NCBI GenBank assembly: GCA_000004985.1
Contig: GG738919.1
Strand: one strand, 5' to 3'
Length of the DNA stretch: 64,000 nt
Source of the DNA: Naegleria gruberi
Lineage: Eukaryota
The notes below the pieces were generated by a model. That model was not told the origin of the DNA and searched no databases. It worked only from the letters and a program-made list of their open reading frames with translations. The translations under genes and the position numbers were made by a program. Shown here piece after piece: positions 36,374-47,500 of the stretch; position 1 is the first letter of the stretch, and the number at the start of each line of letters is the position of its first letter.

Positions 36374-38104
36374 TTACTTAAGGTCAACTCCTTTATTGGA
36401 GTTTCTACCAACCTTGAACCTGTAAATAACATGGGCAATAATGAAACCGATAGAAATAATAAATAATGCAAAATTGAGAACTCCATAGAAAAGGAATGGA
36501 CCACTTGGTTTCCAATCATCGAATAAATATCCACCAACCTTTGTGGCCACTAAAATACCAGCAGCACCAAAGAGAGTAAAGATACCACTTACGCTACCTC
36601 TGACCTTACTTGGTGATTCAGCAGTGACAAGGATTTGAGAACAAATAATGACACCAATTTCACCAATACCAATCAATGCAATTGGTAAATAGACAAAACC
36701 ACCAGTGACATCAGTGAGGAAAGATAACATGGTATAACCAACACCTGAAATTGCAGAGACAATTGCCATAACAATCAATCTCGACATTTTTCTAACAAAA
36801 TCAGTCTTGAAATCATCCTCTTGTTCAGGTTGTTGTTCAACATCTTGATTCTTCTTTCTTCTAAATCTCAAGTCAGCAAAAATACCAACAAATGGAGCAG
36901 CAATGAGAGCAAAAGTTTGACAAATACCAGAAATAGTACCACCTCTAGCAGTAGCATCTGCCTTGGATGAATCATGAATGTCAATCATTTGTTGAGAGAC
37001 CCACAATGTAATAAAGGTAGTAATGAGAATAGAGTCACCTCTAGCAACGAAACCAGAAATGTAGGCAAGAATGAGAGATGGTCTCTTTGCTGGAGCAACA
37101 AATAAACCTTCCCAAATGATATTTTTGAATCTGATGAAGGATTTCTTAATGTTGAATCTTTCTTCATCATCCTCTTCTTCACAATCACTACTTTCAGCCA
37201 TTTCTCTTCTGGTTGCTTCACGTTCTTGTTTAGAGTCACAAATTGGGAAAATTCTTCCCTTGAAGAAGATCATTAAGGCACACATGGCAATAATACAGAA
37301 GAAGGCCATAATCATAAAGGCAATCATACCTGCTTGACCTGTTGAAATGGTTGGATCAGCACTTTGAATCCATAATGGAATCTTTAAACAAGCCAAAGCA
37401 GAGACAACAGCACCAAGACCAGATGCCAATCCCAACAAACCAGATGCTTTACCTCTATCCTTATTCTTGACATAGTCACCAACAATGGCAGTTAACATAC
37501 TACTTGTACTGGCAGCACCAATAGCAAAAATAATTCTGTAGATTATCAATTGCCAAATAGTTTCAGCAAATGTATAGAGGAACAATCCAATTCCCATAAA
37601 TAAGAAACCAATCATGTACACAAACTTTCTACCTCTCAAAATATCAGTCAGCACGCCCCAAATCAAGCCAAATGCCAAAATGCACAATTCATTGTAAAAC
37701 GACAAGTCACCAGCCAATTTACCTTGATCTTTTCTATTTACAGTACCTCTCAGATAAGCTTCGAAAACATAACTTGACATGGCATTAATAAATACGAACA
37801 TACTAAGCAAAATGACAACCAAAATATAGAAACAAGTAATATGAACCCACGTAATACCAGGTTTCAGTTCAATAAAACCCAAATATCTATCAGTTCGAAT
37901 ACAGCCACACAATAGTTTTGGTTTCTTTTTGGAAGGAGGACCGGTTGGAGAGGAAGGTTCGCTACCTGGTGATTGATAGGCAATATTATTCTGCACTTCT
38001 TGATTGTCATCTGTTTGATTGACAGAGGAAAGGCCAGCAAGAGGAGGAATTATAATTGCAGGTGATGAAGTTGAATCAGCAGTACTTTGATACGAATTTT
38101 CCAT
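36374..38104 (-). CDS. major facilitator superfamily transporter
   Basis: 576-aa ORF with an ATG start. About 12 hydrophobic helices. MFS-type loop motif GDYVKNKDRGKASGLLGLASGLG. Central acidic loop. Confidence 0.75.
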   Translation of the reverse strand: MENSYQSTADSTSSPAIIIPPLAGLSSVNQTDDNQEVQNNIAYQSPGSEPSSPTGPPSKKKPKLLCGCIRTDRYLGFIELKPGITWVHITCFYILVVILLSMFVFINAMSSYVFEAYLRGTVNRKDQGKLAGDLSFYNELCILAFGLIWGVLTDILRGRKFVYMIGFLFMGIGLFLYTFAETIWQLIIYRIIFAIGAASTSSMLTAIVGDYVKNKDRGKASGLLGLASGLGAVVSALACLKIPLWIQSADPTISTGQAGMIAFMIMAFFCIIAMCALMIFFKGRIFPICDSKQEREATRREMAESSDCEEEDDEERFNIKKSFIRFKNIIWEGLFVAPAKRPSLILAYISGFVARGDSILITTFITLWVSQQMIDIHDSSKADATARGGTISGICQTFALIAAPFVGIFADLRFRRKKNQDVEQQPEQEDDFKTDFVRKMSRLIVMAIVSAISGVGYTMLSFLTDVTGGFVYLPIALIGIGEIGVIICSQILVTAESPSKVRGSVSGIFTLFGAAGILVATKVGGYLFDDWKPSGPFLFYGVLNFALFIISIGFIIAHVIYRFKVGRNSNKGVDLK

Positions 38105-39085
38105 TTCTTCTTCTGTGTGCAGATGTTATATAAAATTGTTAGAAACAAACTAGTAACCTGAAACTCTTTAAAGTTTAAATAGTAGAGAGTTAATATAATA
38201 CGGATTGAACACAAATGTTTCCGATAATGTAGTACTCTTCAATCTATAATATGAATATATATTGATTGAACACTCCAATATTGTGTATTGTGTGTCCTTG
38301 TTCAAAGTTTATGAAAATGCCCAAAAGAGAGCCTTCTTGGAGGTGTGGTGTTCGGGTTTTTTGTTTGAAGAATTTTCTCGCCTCCAAACTTCTTCTCCAT
38401 CTCCTATCTTACGGAAAAGTGAAGAAGGGCAAATTTGCTCTGCAAACAATGTTGCTATTTGTTGAATTGGTCTCCTGAGTGTGGAGGTCAAACAACAATA
38501 ATATCTACTGTACAGTGGTGGTGGGCAAAGTTTGGCCGAGAGACTGAGGAATGTTCAATAAGCGTGGAAATGGAGCACATTGAAAAATGCTTGATATGGA
38601 CAATTGGTTGGCTCATTTAGATGAGGATGGAATGATCAGGAATGTGTAATGTGGAATTCATTGTTATTCATTGTTTGTGTGTGGAATGGTTGAGTAAATT
38701 GTTGATGTGAGTTGTTGTTGATCATGATGAATGAAAAAGATCTTGAAGAAAAGGATGAAAGCGCATTTTGTCTCGAGTAACAGTCCGGAAATGAGCGAAT
38801 CCGATCCAATCAAAGTCCAGTCAAGGAGTAACAGGACTAATTTGGTGAAAAGTACAGTAGATTGAAACTGTAAAGGAGACTTGGTTATATTAACATGTTT
38901 GTGGAAGGAATCATGATTACAATAATGTTGTAACCTTATCTACCTTAAACTTTTTCAAATGACAATAACGAATCAAACAAGATGAAGGAGTTTACCTTGT
39001 GGTAATACTTTGTTGGCACCTTAAAAGAGTTTTTAGGAATTAAATTGAACAATTCGGTACAAATAACAAGATTCCTTTTGAATTT

Positions 39086-39667
39086 TTATTCGCCCATATC
39101 CTTTCTGACACCTTCAGCTTGTTCTCTTTCTGCCAAATCAAATGGTCTTCCGTCCAGTTTCTTTAACGATGGTAATCTTCTCAATACTTCAATTCTCCAA
39201 TTTTCACCTGCATCCTTAGTATTCTTTTCCAATGGATTACCAGTCAGTAAAATTTCTTCCAAGTCAGGGAGATCTTTCAGTCTGTCAATTTCAGACCAAG
39301 AACTAATCTTGTTATTTCCACAATATAATACTTTGAGTTTCTTCAATTTTTCAACACCAGCTAACGATGTCAAGTTATTATAAGACAACCACAATTGTTC
39401 CAAAGTTGGTGCAACAGCGTCAAGATTTTCCAATCTCTTGATTTGATTTCTAGCCAGTGATAAAATTTCCAAAGATACCAATCCTTGCAAACCACCAATT
39501 CTGTCTATACAATTTGTTGAGAGAGCTAATCTTTTACAATTTTTCATTTGAGACACAGTAGTGTCCATCTTTTCAATTGGAGGAACCCATCCATATAATA
39601 ATACTTGTTCAGCTTCGGAAGCTTTTTGTCCACTCTTTTCTTCCCACGACTTTACAGCATCTCTCAA
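39086..39667 (-). CDS. DNAL1: axonemal outer-arm dynein light chain 1 (LC1/DNAL1, LRR protein); initiator Met not resolved
   Basis: Near-colinear match to Chlamydomonas LC1 (HGxIPPIEKMD, LALSTNxIxxIxxL, LRILSLxRNxIKxIENLDAVAxTLExLWxSYNxI, LKKLDG). The ORF begins on TTG. A candidate ATG at 39738-39740 (minus) is followed by GTAGGT, but the splice phase could not be made consistent. Confidence 0.8.
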   Translation of the reverse strand: MRDAVKSWEEKSGQKASEAEQVLLYGWVPPIEKMDTTVSQMKNCKRLALSTNCIDRIGGLQGLVSLEILSLARNQIKRLENLDAVAPTLEQLWLSYNNLTSLAGVEKLKKLKVLYCGNNKISSWSEIDRLKDLPDLEEILLTGNPLEKNTKDAGENWRIEVLRRLPSLKKLDGRPFDLAEREQAEGVRKDMGE

Positions 39668-39919
39668 AAAGAAGACCTTTTATTCCGATTATTAAAATTC
39701 AACATTTGATCAATTTATTGTTCATTTCCAAACCTACCATCCTGTTTGTATTTCCTCAGTTATTAATTATCCAAATTTACAGGCAAACCTGAATTGTATT
39801 TTTTTATTTTTAAAAACCAACTTTCCCATACAACCAAGTGATTTCCGTAGTGTACTAATTTTTGGCGCCAATCATACTATCCCTTTCCCTTTTATGAAAT
39901 ATTTTTTACTGATAATGTA

Positions 39920-40000
39920 GCAGACTTGGCCGAGTGGTTAAGGCGACAGACTTGAAATCTGTTGGGGAAACCTTCGTAGGTTCGAATCCTGCAGTCTGCG
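39920..40000 (+). tRNA. tRNA-Ser (anticodon UGA)
   Basis: Acceptor stem GCAGACT/AGTCTGC. D-arm GCCGAGTGGTTAAGGC. Anticodon loop CTTGAAA. Long variable arm. T-arm GTAGGTTCGAATCCTGC. Discriminator G. Confidence 0.9.
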
Positions 40001-40007
40001 AATGAAC

Positions 40008-40012
40008 TTTTT
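40008..40012 (+). terminator. Pol III T-run terminator after tRNA-Ser
   Basis: TTTTT eight nt downstream of the tRNA 3' end. Confidence 0.5.
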
Positions 40013-40321
40013 GATTTGAAACAAAAAAAAAGATACTTCTTGTTAAAAGGCAAGAAGATAGTGTTGTGTATAATTTTTGTGATGTGTGTTTTTTAAGCAT
40101 TTTGAAATGTTTTTGCTTGGAATCTCAATACGATTCTTTGAGCGCACCTAAAAAGCGCTTTTGAAACCGGACAATGAAAACTTGGACAAGAACTATTTAT
40201 CGCCATCAAAATGACATTTTCAAAAAAAATCAAAAGAAAGAGGTTCTCTACCCAGACTATTCGTTTATCAATATAATTCTTTGATTAGTTTGATTTCCCT
40301 AAACTTGCAACCGATACAAAC

Positions 40322-43300
40322 ATGTCTAGCCATCTATCAGATGGACACGATCACTATAATTCTGATTGCAATCAACCTTTGGAATCACATCAACAAAATC
40401 AACAACAATTAGATGATGATTCCAAACAAGACAATAATCTTCAAAAAACAACAATACCAACAACAACAACTACTGTTTTGGATCATCATTCATTATCAGA
40501 AAATCACATTGCACTATTAAATAATCATCATTCTCATCATCATCACATCATCCAAGAAGAATCATTGTATATAGATGGAGAGCAATTTGATGATGGTGAT
40601 GATTATGTGGTCAAGCAGGGTGATAGACAGTTGGTTGAGAGTGCACCTAGTAGTGTGGAGGAGATTCATGGTGGTGTTCAGGAGGAATCAATATCGTTGT
40701 TATCGAAAATGTATTGGAAAGTGAAGGATAAAATTGTGGACCTGATGTGCTATGTGATTAAAAAGAAACCACTTGGTGATGATTTTGAATTGGAGGAAAA
40801 GGAGCAAGAATTAAAAGAAGAAACTCAACAGGAAGTGGAACCAGTTGAAAAATCCAATTTTGCCTCAGAAGACGAAACTGAACGAAAGTTTGAAAAAATT
40901 TATATTAACAATCGAGAAGAAAATAGAAAATGCAGAAAACCCTTTCCCAAAAACTCTGTCACAACCACCAAATATTCAATACTGACCTTTATTCCAAAAA
41001 ATCTATTCGAACAATTCAGAAAGGCAATCAATGTTTATTTACTATTAACTGTTATTGCAGTTTTAATTCCAGATCTATCACCCATGTTTCCTCCAGCTGC
41101 TGTATTACCCATTACAATCATTGTCCTTGTCCAGATGGCCAAAGATGGATTCGAGGATTTTCAAAGATATCGTCAGGATCGAAAGGCAAACAATGAGAAA
41201 TGTCGAGTGATTAGAGATGGAATCTTACAGGAAATTCAAGTGAAAAATATAGAGATTGGTGATGTGGTTTCGATAAAGAAAGATGAGGTTTTCCCAGCTG
41301 ATTTGTTGTGTATACATTCGTCGAGAGAGGATGAGTTGTGTTATATTGAAACTGCAAATTTGGATGGAGAAACTAATCTAAAGAGTAGAAGACCTATTAA
41401 GGGATCTTCTAAAGTATTTCATCATGATGTTGCGGAGAATAATATTGGAGATTTTGCACAATTGAAAGGAAAGGTTCAAGTCGAGATGGCAAATAACAAT
41501 TTGGATGTGTTTGAGGGCATGCTGAAAATGCAAACTCAAGTGATGGGATATGGTGAATTAATCTCAATTAATGAACCACTCACAATGGAAAATCTATTGC
41601 TTAGAGGATGCACTCTGAGAAATACTCAACACATATTTGGAATTGCAATCTATCTCGGCAAGCACACAAAGATTTTTATGAATACGAAGGAGAATAAGGT
41701 GAAGAGAAATGAATTGTGGGTAACTCTGAATAAGATTTTGGTATTCTTGGTTTTATTTCAACAAGTGTTGTGTGCAATAGTTGCTGGACTGCAGGGAAAC
41801 TTTCATGACACATTCGAAAGCGGTGCATTCTATTTGGCTCCTCTTGATGATTCACCAGCTTCGTTTGTTTCTGTCATGTCAACTTGGGTCACTACGTTTA
41901 TATTGTTAAATTACATTGTCAATGAGACAATTATTATTGGATTTGAAGCTGTCAAGACATTCCAATCGTGGGATATTCAATCAGATGCTGAAATGAGATT
42001 TGGTGATATTAAAACTCAGGTCAGAACAGCAAATTTGAATCAAGCACTTTCATCACTTGATTTTATCTTCTCTGACAAGACTGGAACACTAACACAGAAT
42101 GAAATGAAGTATTCAGATTCATGGACAGATGGCATGTATTATTCAGAGAAAAGCAATCCTGGCTCAATGAAAGAGAAACTAGTGCAATATCATCAATTTG
42201 GTAAGATTGACATTGAAAATCAACCTCATCATCATCAACAAACATCTGTACATGGAGCAGAACATCATGCTAGCTGCATTAGAGAGTTTTTAACATGTCT
42301 CACCTTGAATAACAGTGTCATGCCAGAGAAGGATTTACAAAACCCTGAAAGAATTAATTACAATGGACCTTCCTCAGATGAAATTGCACTTTTGGAGGCT
42401 GCTACCAATAATGGATTCAAATTAATTCAGAGAACCAACGAAGGATTAGTAATTGATGAAATGGGAGAAACTAGATTTTATGAAATTATTGCAACCTTTC
42501 CATTTACATCTGATAGAAAAAGAATGACAGTTCTTGTGAAAACTCAAGAAGGAAGATATATTGCCTATGTGAAAGGTGCAGATAACGTCATGCTGAAGAG
42601 ATGTAGAGCTAGAAAGGAATATGTTCATGAATTGAAATCTGCTCTTCTCAATTTTTCAGTTCAGGGCTTGAGAACATTGGTAATTGGTAGGAGGGAGCTC
42701 TCAATGAGTGAATTTGAAACTTGGTTCGATGGTTATAATAAGGCCTCCATGTCAAGTAAGAATAGAGGAAAGATGATTGCTCAGAGTGCAAGTGATCTGG
42801 AAATTGATTTGGAGCTGGTTGGTTGTACAGCCATTGAAGATAAATTACAAGATGATGTGGCCAAGTCAATTGATTATCTTTCCAGAGCTGGTTTGAAGAT
42901 TTGGGTCTTGACAGGTGATAAGACAGAGACAGCAATTAATATTGCCTACTCAACCAATGTATTGGTGAAAGACAAGACCATTGAAATCAGAATCAGAGAT
43001 GCCAACACACATCAACAAGCCAAAAAGAAACTGAAGGAAGCACTAGAATTCTTACAAAACAATTCGAATAAGGGATTTGAATTTGGTCTCATTATCGACT
43101 CCAAATCTCTAGAGTTTATTCTCGACAAGTATGAGAAACGTTTCATTGAACTAGCTCGATATGTCCACTGTGCTGTCTGCTGTCGTTTAAAACCACTCCA
43201 AAAGTCCAGCATTGTAAAACTAATTGAAAGTAAGCTTCACAAGAAGGCCCTCTCCATTGGTGATGGTGTCAATGATGTGGCAATGATCCAAGCAGCATCC

Positions 43301-44185
43301 ATCGGTGTTGGAATTCAAGGAAAGGAAGGATCTCAAGCTTCTCGTTCCTCTGACTTTTCAATTCCTCGTTTTAAAAACCTGGTAAGATTATTGGCCGTTC
43401 ATGGAAGAAATTGCAGTGTGAGAAATGCCGACTTTTTACATTTGAGTTTCTACAAGAATTTTATATTGCTCCTTCCTCAATTTTTCAATATTTTCTATTG
43501 TGGATATTCTGGAACTTTAATATTCGATTCTTGGGAATTAATTGTCTATATTGGAATTTACTTCTTTTTTCAACCGATTGCATTTGGATCGTGTGAAAAG
43601 GATTTACCTGAGGAGGTGATTTTAGAGCATCCAGAACTCTATGATTCACTCAAAAAATCTGGAAATTTATTCAATCTCAGAACATTAATCATGTGGGGAA
43701 TTGCTGCCATCTATCATGCACTTGTCATTTTCTTTGGAATTATTCTGAGTGTGGATGGAGATTTTATGGAGAATGGACCTACTGACCTATATCATTTTGG
43801 TAAAATTATCATGACATGTATGGTTTGTGTGGTCACTTTGATATACATTTTGGAGATTAAAACATTGACAGTTCCAGTTTTAATCTTAATGCCACTTGGT
43901 TTTTTATTTTACTTTGCATTCAATGCTTGTTATTCTCCAATTGCAGATGAATTGGGAGATCCTGAGAGTTTATACATTTATTATGAAACTTTTGTGAGTG
44001 TACAAGCTACCTTGACTACGATTCTAGTAGTTGTAGTTGCAATTTTACCGAATATCATTTGGAAAGCTGCCAAGATTACCTTTTTCCCATCAGAGTCTCA
44101 ACGACTTTTATTGGAATATCTTGAAAAGAAGGAACACCAAACTCAAGAGGAAGCTAATAAGGGAAAGCAACCAAACTCAAAGTAG
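40322..44185 (+). CDS. P4-type ATPase (phospholipid flippase)
   Basis: 1287-aa ORF with an ATG start. P-type motifs DKTGTLTQNEM and GDGVNDVAMIQAASIGVGI. P4-characteristic N-terminal region PKNLFEQFRKAINVYLL. Ten TM helices. His-rich N-terminus. Confidence 0.9.
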   Translation: MSSHLSDGHDHYNSDCNQPLESHQQNQQQLDDDSKQDNNLQKTTIPTTTTTVLDHHSLSENHIALLNNHHSHHHHIIQEESLYIDGEQFDDGDDYVVKQGDRQLVESAPSSVEEIHGGVQEESISLLSKMYWKVKDKIVDLMCYVIKKKPLGDDFELEEKEQELKEETQQEVEPVEKSNFASEDETERKFEKIYINNREENRKCRKPFPKNSVTTTKYSILTFIPKNLFEQFRKAINVYLLLTVIAVLIPDLSPMFPPAAVLPITIIVLVQMAKDGFEDFQRYRQDRKANNEKCRVIRDGILQEIQVKNIEIGDVVSIKKDEVFPADLLCIHSSREDELCYIETANLDGETNLKSRRPIKGSSKVFHHDVAENNIGDFAQLKGKVQVEMANNNLDVFEGMLKMQTQVMGYGELISINEPLTMENLLLRGCTLRNTQHIFGIAIYLGKHTKIFMNTKENKVKRNELWVTLNKILVFLVLFQQVLCAIVAGLQGNFHDTFESGAFYLAPLDDSPASFVSVMSTWVTTFILLNYIVNETIIIGFEAVKTFQSWDIQSDAEMRFGDIKTQVRTANLNQALSSLDFIFSDKTGTLTQNEMKYSDSWTDGMYYSEKSNPGSMKEKLVQYHQFGKIDIENQPHHHQQTSVHGAEHHASCIREFLTCLTLNNSVMPEKDLQNPERINYNGPSSDEIALLEAATNNGFKLIQRTNEGLVIDEMGETRFYEIIATFPFTSDRKRMTVLVKTQEGRYIAYVKGADNVMLKRCRARKEYVHELKSALLNFSVQGLRTLVIGRRELSMSEFETWFDGYNKASMSSKNRGKMIAQSASDLEIDLELVGCTAIEDKLQDDVAKSIDYLSRAGLKIWVLTGDKTETAINIAYSTNVLVKDKTIEIRIRDANTHQQAKKKLKEALEFLQNNSNKGFEFGLIIDSKSLEFILDKYEKRFIELARYVHCAVCCRLKPLQKSSIVKLIESKLHKKALSIGDGVNDVAMIQAASIGVGIQGKEGSQASRSSDFSIPRFKNLVRLLAVHGRNCSVRNADFLHLSFYKNFILLLPQFFNIFYCGYSGTLIFDSWELIVYIGIYFFFQPIAFGSCEKDLPEEVILEHPELYDSLKKSGNLFNLRTLIMWGIAAIYHALVIFFGIILSVDGDFMENGPTDLYHFGKIIMTCMVCVVTLIYILEIKTLTVPVLILMPLGFLFYFAFNACYSPIADELGDPESLYIYYETFVSVQATLTTILVVVVAILPNIIWKAAKITFFPSESQRLLLEYLEKKEHQTQEEANKGKQPNSK

Positions 44186-44307
44186 TACTGAGGAATATTT
44201 TGAATGAATGATATTAAGGACAATTAAAGTTTTGGTTTACGATTTTCAAAGAGAAAGAAATTTCCAATGTCGACTGTTGGGTCGTTGGTCTAGAGGAATG
44301 CAATTTT

Positions 44308-44422
44308 AGAAAAGGTAAAATGATTCTCCCATGCCGGGAATTGAACCCGGACCTCCTGGGTGAAAGCCAGGTATCCTAGCCATTGGACTACACGGGAATC
44401 TTATTCATAATGAAAATATTCC
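44308..44422. repeat. left arm of ~115-bp inverted repeat containing tRNA-Glu plus conserved flanks
   Basis: The reverse complement of this arm matches 47864..47979 nearly base for base. The 72-nt tRNA is identical in both arms. About 20 nt of 3' flank and about 25 nt of 5' flank match with one or two mismatches. Confidence 0.8.
44326..44397 (-). tRNA. tRNA-Glu (anticodon UUC)
   Basis: Minus-strand sequence TCCCGTGTAGTCCAATGGCTAGGATACCTGGCTTTCACCCAGGAGGTCCGGGTTCAATTCCCGGCATGGGAG. Anticodon loop CTTTCAC. Identical to the copy at 47889..47960. Confidence 0.9.
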
Positions 44423-44543
44423 CTTAATGAATTTTAAATAACATGATCCTGTATCTTATTTCCTTTAGCATCAAAAGCTGTTTCTAATTGAAATTCAACT
44501 TACAACATCGAGTACACTATTATTTTGGTGTAATGGTAGTATT

Positions 44544-47500
44544 TTATTTGAGTTTTGAATAAATTTTTTCCAAATACTGTGTTATTTCTCTGAAGGAAGG
44601 CCTCTTACTTGGAATGGAATTCCAACATTGCTTCATCAATTCCACATAATCACTACACACGTTACAAACAGTTTCATGATCTAGAGAATTTTTCTTCTCA
44701 AATGGTTCAATAAACTCTCTCAACCACACCTCCAATTCTTCATTGTTATTCCAGGGAATTTTAGGACGTTCACCCCTCACCACCATCACTGGAACGGATA
44801 ATGCAAGTGAATCTTGATGTGGTGATTGAGAAAATTTGTGAATTTTAGGAGAATTGGAAAAAAATGGTTTCTCCTCAAAGAATAGTTCATACATAATGAT
44901 ACTGTAACTGTACACATCGAGTGCATTTCCAATTTCTTGTCCACTTCCAATTAATTCTGGAGCCATATATAGAATGGTACCTAAATTCATTGTCATTGAG
45001 AAACTTCCACTATTTGAGGTCAACTTGGACAAACCAAAATCACAAATTTTAGGTTTCAAATTGGCGTCCAGCAAAACATTTCCACATTTAAGATCTCTGT
45101 GAATTAAAGATAATGGCTTCAATGAGTGTAAATAGTCCATTCCTTTGGATACTCCCGATAAAATTTCAATCTTTTCCTTTAAATTCAACTTTTTTCGTCC
45201 TGATTTAGAGTTGGCAATTGCAGTTTCCAAACTCCCATTTTCCAAATATTCCACAACCATATATCTTGTATTTGAGCTGATAGATATTCCAAATAATCGA
45301 ACAATAGCTGGATGTCTAAGACTATTCAATAAACTTGCTTCATGCTCAAATTCATCCTCAAGTAATTCATCATCTGTTTTCAAGCTCTTCACAGCAACAT
45401 TAATACCATTCCATTGAGCTAAGTATACACTACCATGACTTCCTTCACCAATTCTCTTGCTTATTTCAATATCTTCAATTGGAATTAACAAATTATTGGA
45501 AGATTTCGTCTGAATATTTGTCAAGAGCGGGGTTGAAATCTCTCCAAATACAAACTTCTTGTCAATAATCTTTTTAGCAATTTGGGATTCACGTTTATCC
45601 TTTTTGTGGAGTCTAAATAATCTTTTTCCAATCTGAGTAGTCAAAAAAGCTCCAAATCCCAATAAGATTAACAGCAATATCACTCCAAATATTGTTGAAA
45701 CAGCAATGGCTGAATAATTCTTGAATTTACAAACTCTACTTGTTGGTAAACCTTCATATCCAAAATCGAATGGGCACTTCTCCACATTAATTCCAATTTC
45801 AAAGTTGTAGAGAAATTCTGATAACGAAACTTGAATATTAAAATTGCTTTCTCCTTCACACCATTCAAATGATAAATTCATAATGGTATTGTTGGCTTCC
45901 TTCTCGTGCATGATAATAATCGAAGATTTTGAATTAATGGAAGAAACAACAGGTAATGCTTGGAGTGATGTAAGAGTATTGTTGAACTCATCAATTATTT
46001 GAATAATTTCTAATGTTATTTGCTGACCTGGATAGAGAGATAGTTTTGGAATTGTATTGCTGGTGGAAGAATAAATGCTTTTAGAATTTGACGTTTTCCA
46101 CAACACTTGTTGGATGTGACTAGAACCACACTGTCCAGATAATGCACCATCAGATGAAACTACACAACTTTTCAAAAATCGATTATCCTGTGGAAAATAT
46201 ATGAAATTCCCTGAATAAGTAGCATCGTTTCCAATATTACTTGTTTGAAAAACTCTAACTTCCCCATAACAAGCACCTCCCTTAACAGCCAAGTTGTACT
46301 CAAAATTAGATCCTGAAAAGTAGAAAAAGCTGTTTGAGGAATAAATGGCACCACCATTTCCACAATCCTTAACACTCAAACATCCTTCAAAGTTTCCAAT
46401 AGCTTGATTGGAAATGAATTTTGAAAATCTATCTGTAATAAAAGACCTTTCAGAATAAATAGCACCTCCATTAGATGCCTTATTATTGATAAATAGACAA
46501 TTAGCAGTTGTAAGTTTTGCTTCATTCAAATAGAGCGCACCTCCTTGATTAGACCAATTGTCTCTAAACGTGCATTCAATGATCCTAATACGTTCACTAT
46601 CAAGTTTCTGTTTTCCATTATTATTAATTGACAGGGCATTTCTATTTCTTTCAAATATACAGCTTTCAATTGATAAATCGTTGACTTGTTGGAATGAGAG
46701 AGGTTCAACATTATCTGAAAAGTTCATAGATTCAAATTTGGCTTGAATATTTCCAATAACTTGAATACTTGAATTATTAGAAAGTGAAATTGCACTCACT
46801 AATATAGATTCGCTTCCAATCCACACATTATTAGTTTGTTCCATTTTACATTCTTTCATAATTATAGCCCTCACAGACATGATAAATAGTGTGGAACCTT
46901 CGAATTGATTTGAAGTAAAAATTATTTGCTCTGATGAGGTGATGGCTATAACGCTTTGTTTGAAAATGCTATCATTCATTCCAAAATCAATAATATTATC
47001 ATTATACACTTTAGATTTTCCTTGAATATTCGAATTTACAATTAATCCATTCTCAATTCTAATCTTTGCTGTTGAAAGTGAGCAATTCAATAATGTTGAA
47101 TTGTGAATAAGCGCTGGATATAAATAACTCCAAAGTGAACATTTATACATTGTCGATTTTTGAATAATTAGTAAATCTGCATAATAGTTAAGCTCTACAT
47201 TTTCCAAAATACAGGAATCGATCATCCAAAGTGGAATTTTAGACGAACTTGCACTATCAATTTTCAAATTAGATAATTTCACATTTGATAATATAAATTG
47301 ATCACATTGTTTCGATAGATAACTAATACTTTCAAGAACATCCCACTCACTTTGTGTAATATAATAGTAGTCCTTTCGGTTCCCAATAATTAATGAATTA
47401 GTTCCATTCTGAATATCTTCCAATAAATAGGACGAAATTGTTAAATTAATTAATTTTCTATTATTATTAATAAATGTTGGCTTTGTCAAATTACTCATCA

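Noticed and set aside
39668-39681. 14-nt GT..AG segment (GTCTTCTTTTTGAG) that would join an upstream ATG to the dynein LC1 ORF
   Set aside because: It is far below any plausible spliceosomal intron length, and every other intron found here is 41-105 nt. The start is left unresolved rather than asserting a micro-intron.
39906-40100. ORF-track ORFs 39906..40100 (-) and 47802..48047 (+)
   Set aside because: They overlap the tRNA-Ser and tRNA-Glu genes. Their translations are tRNA-sequence artefacts.
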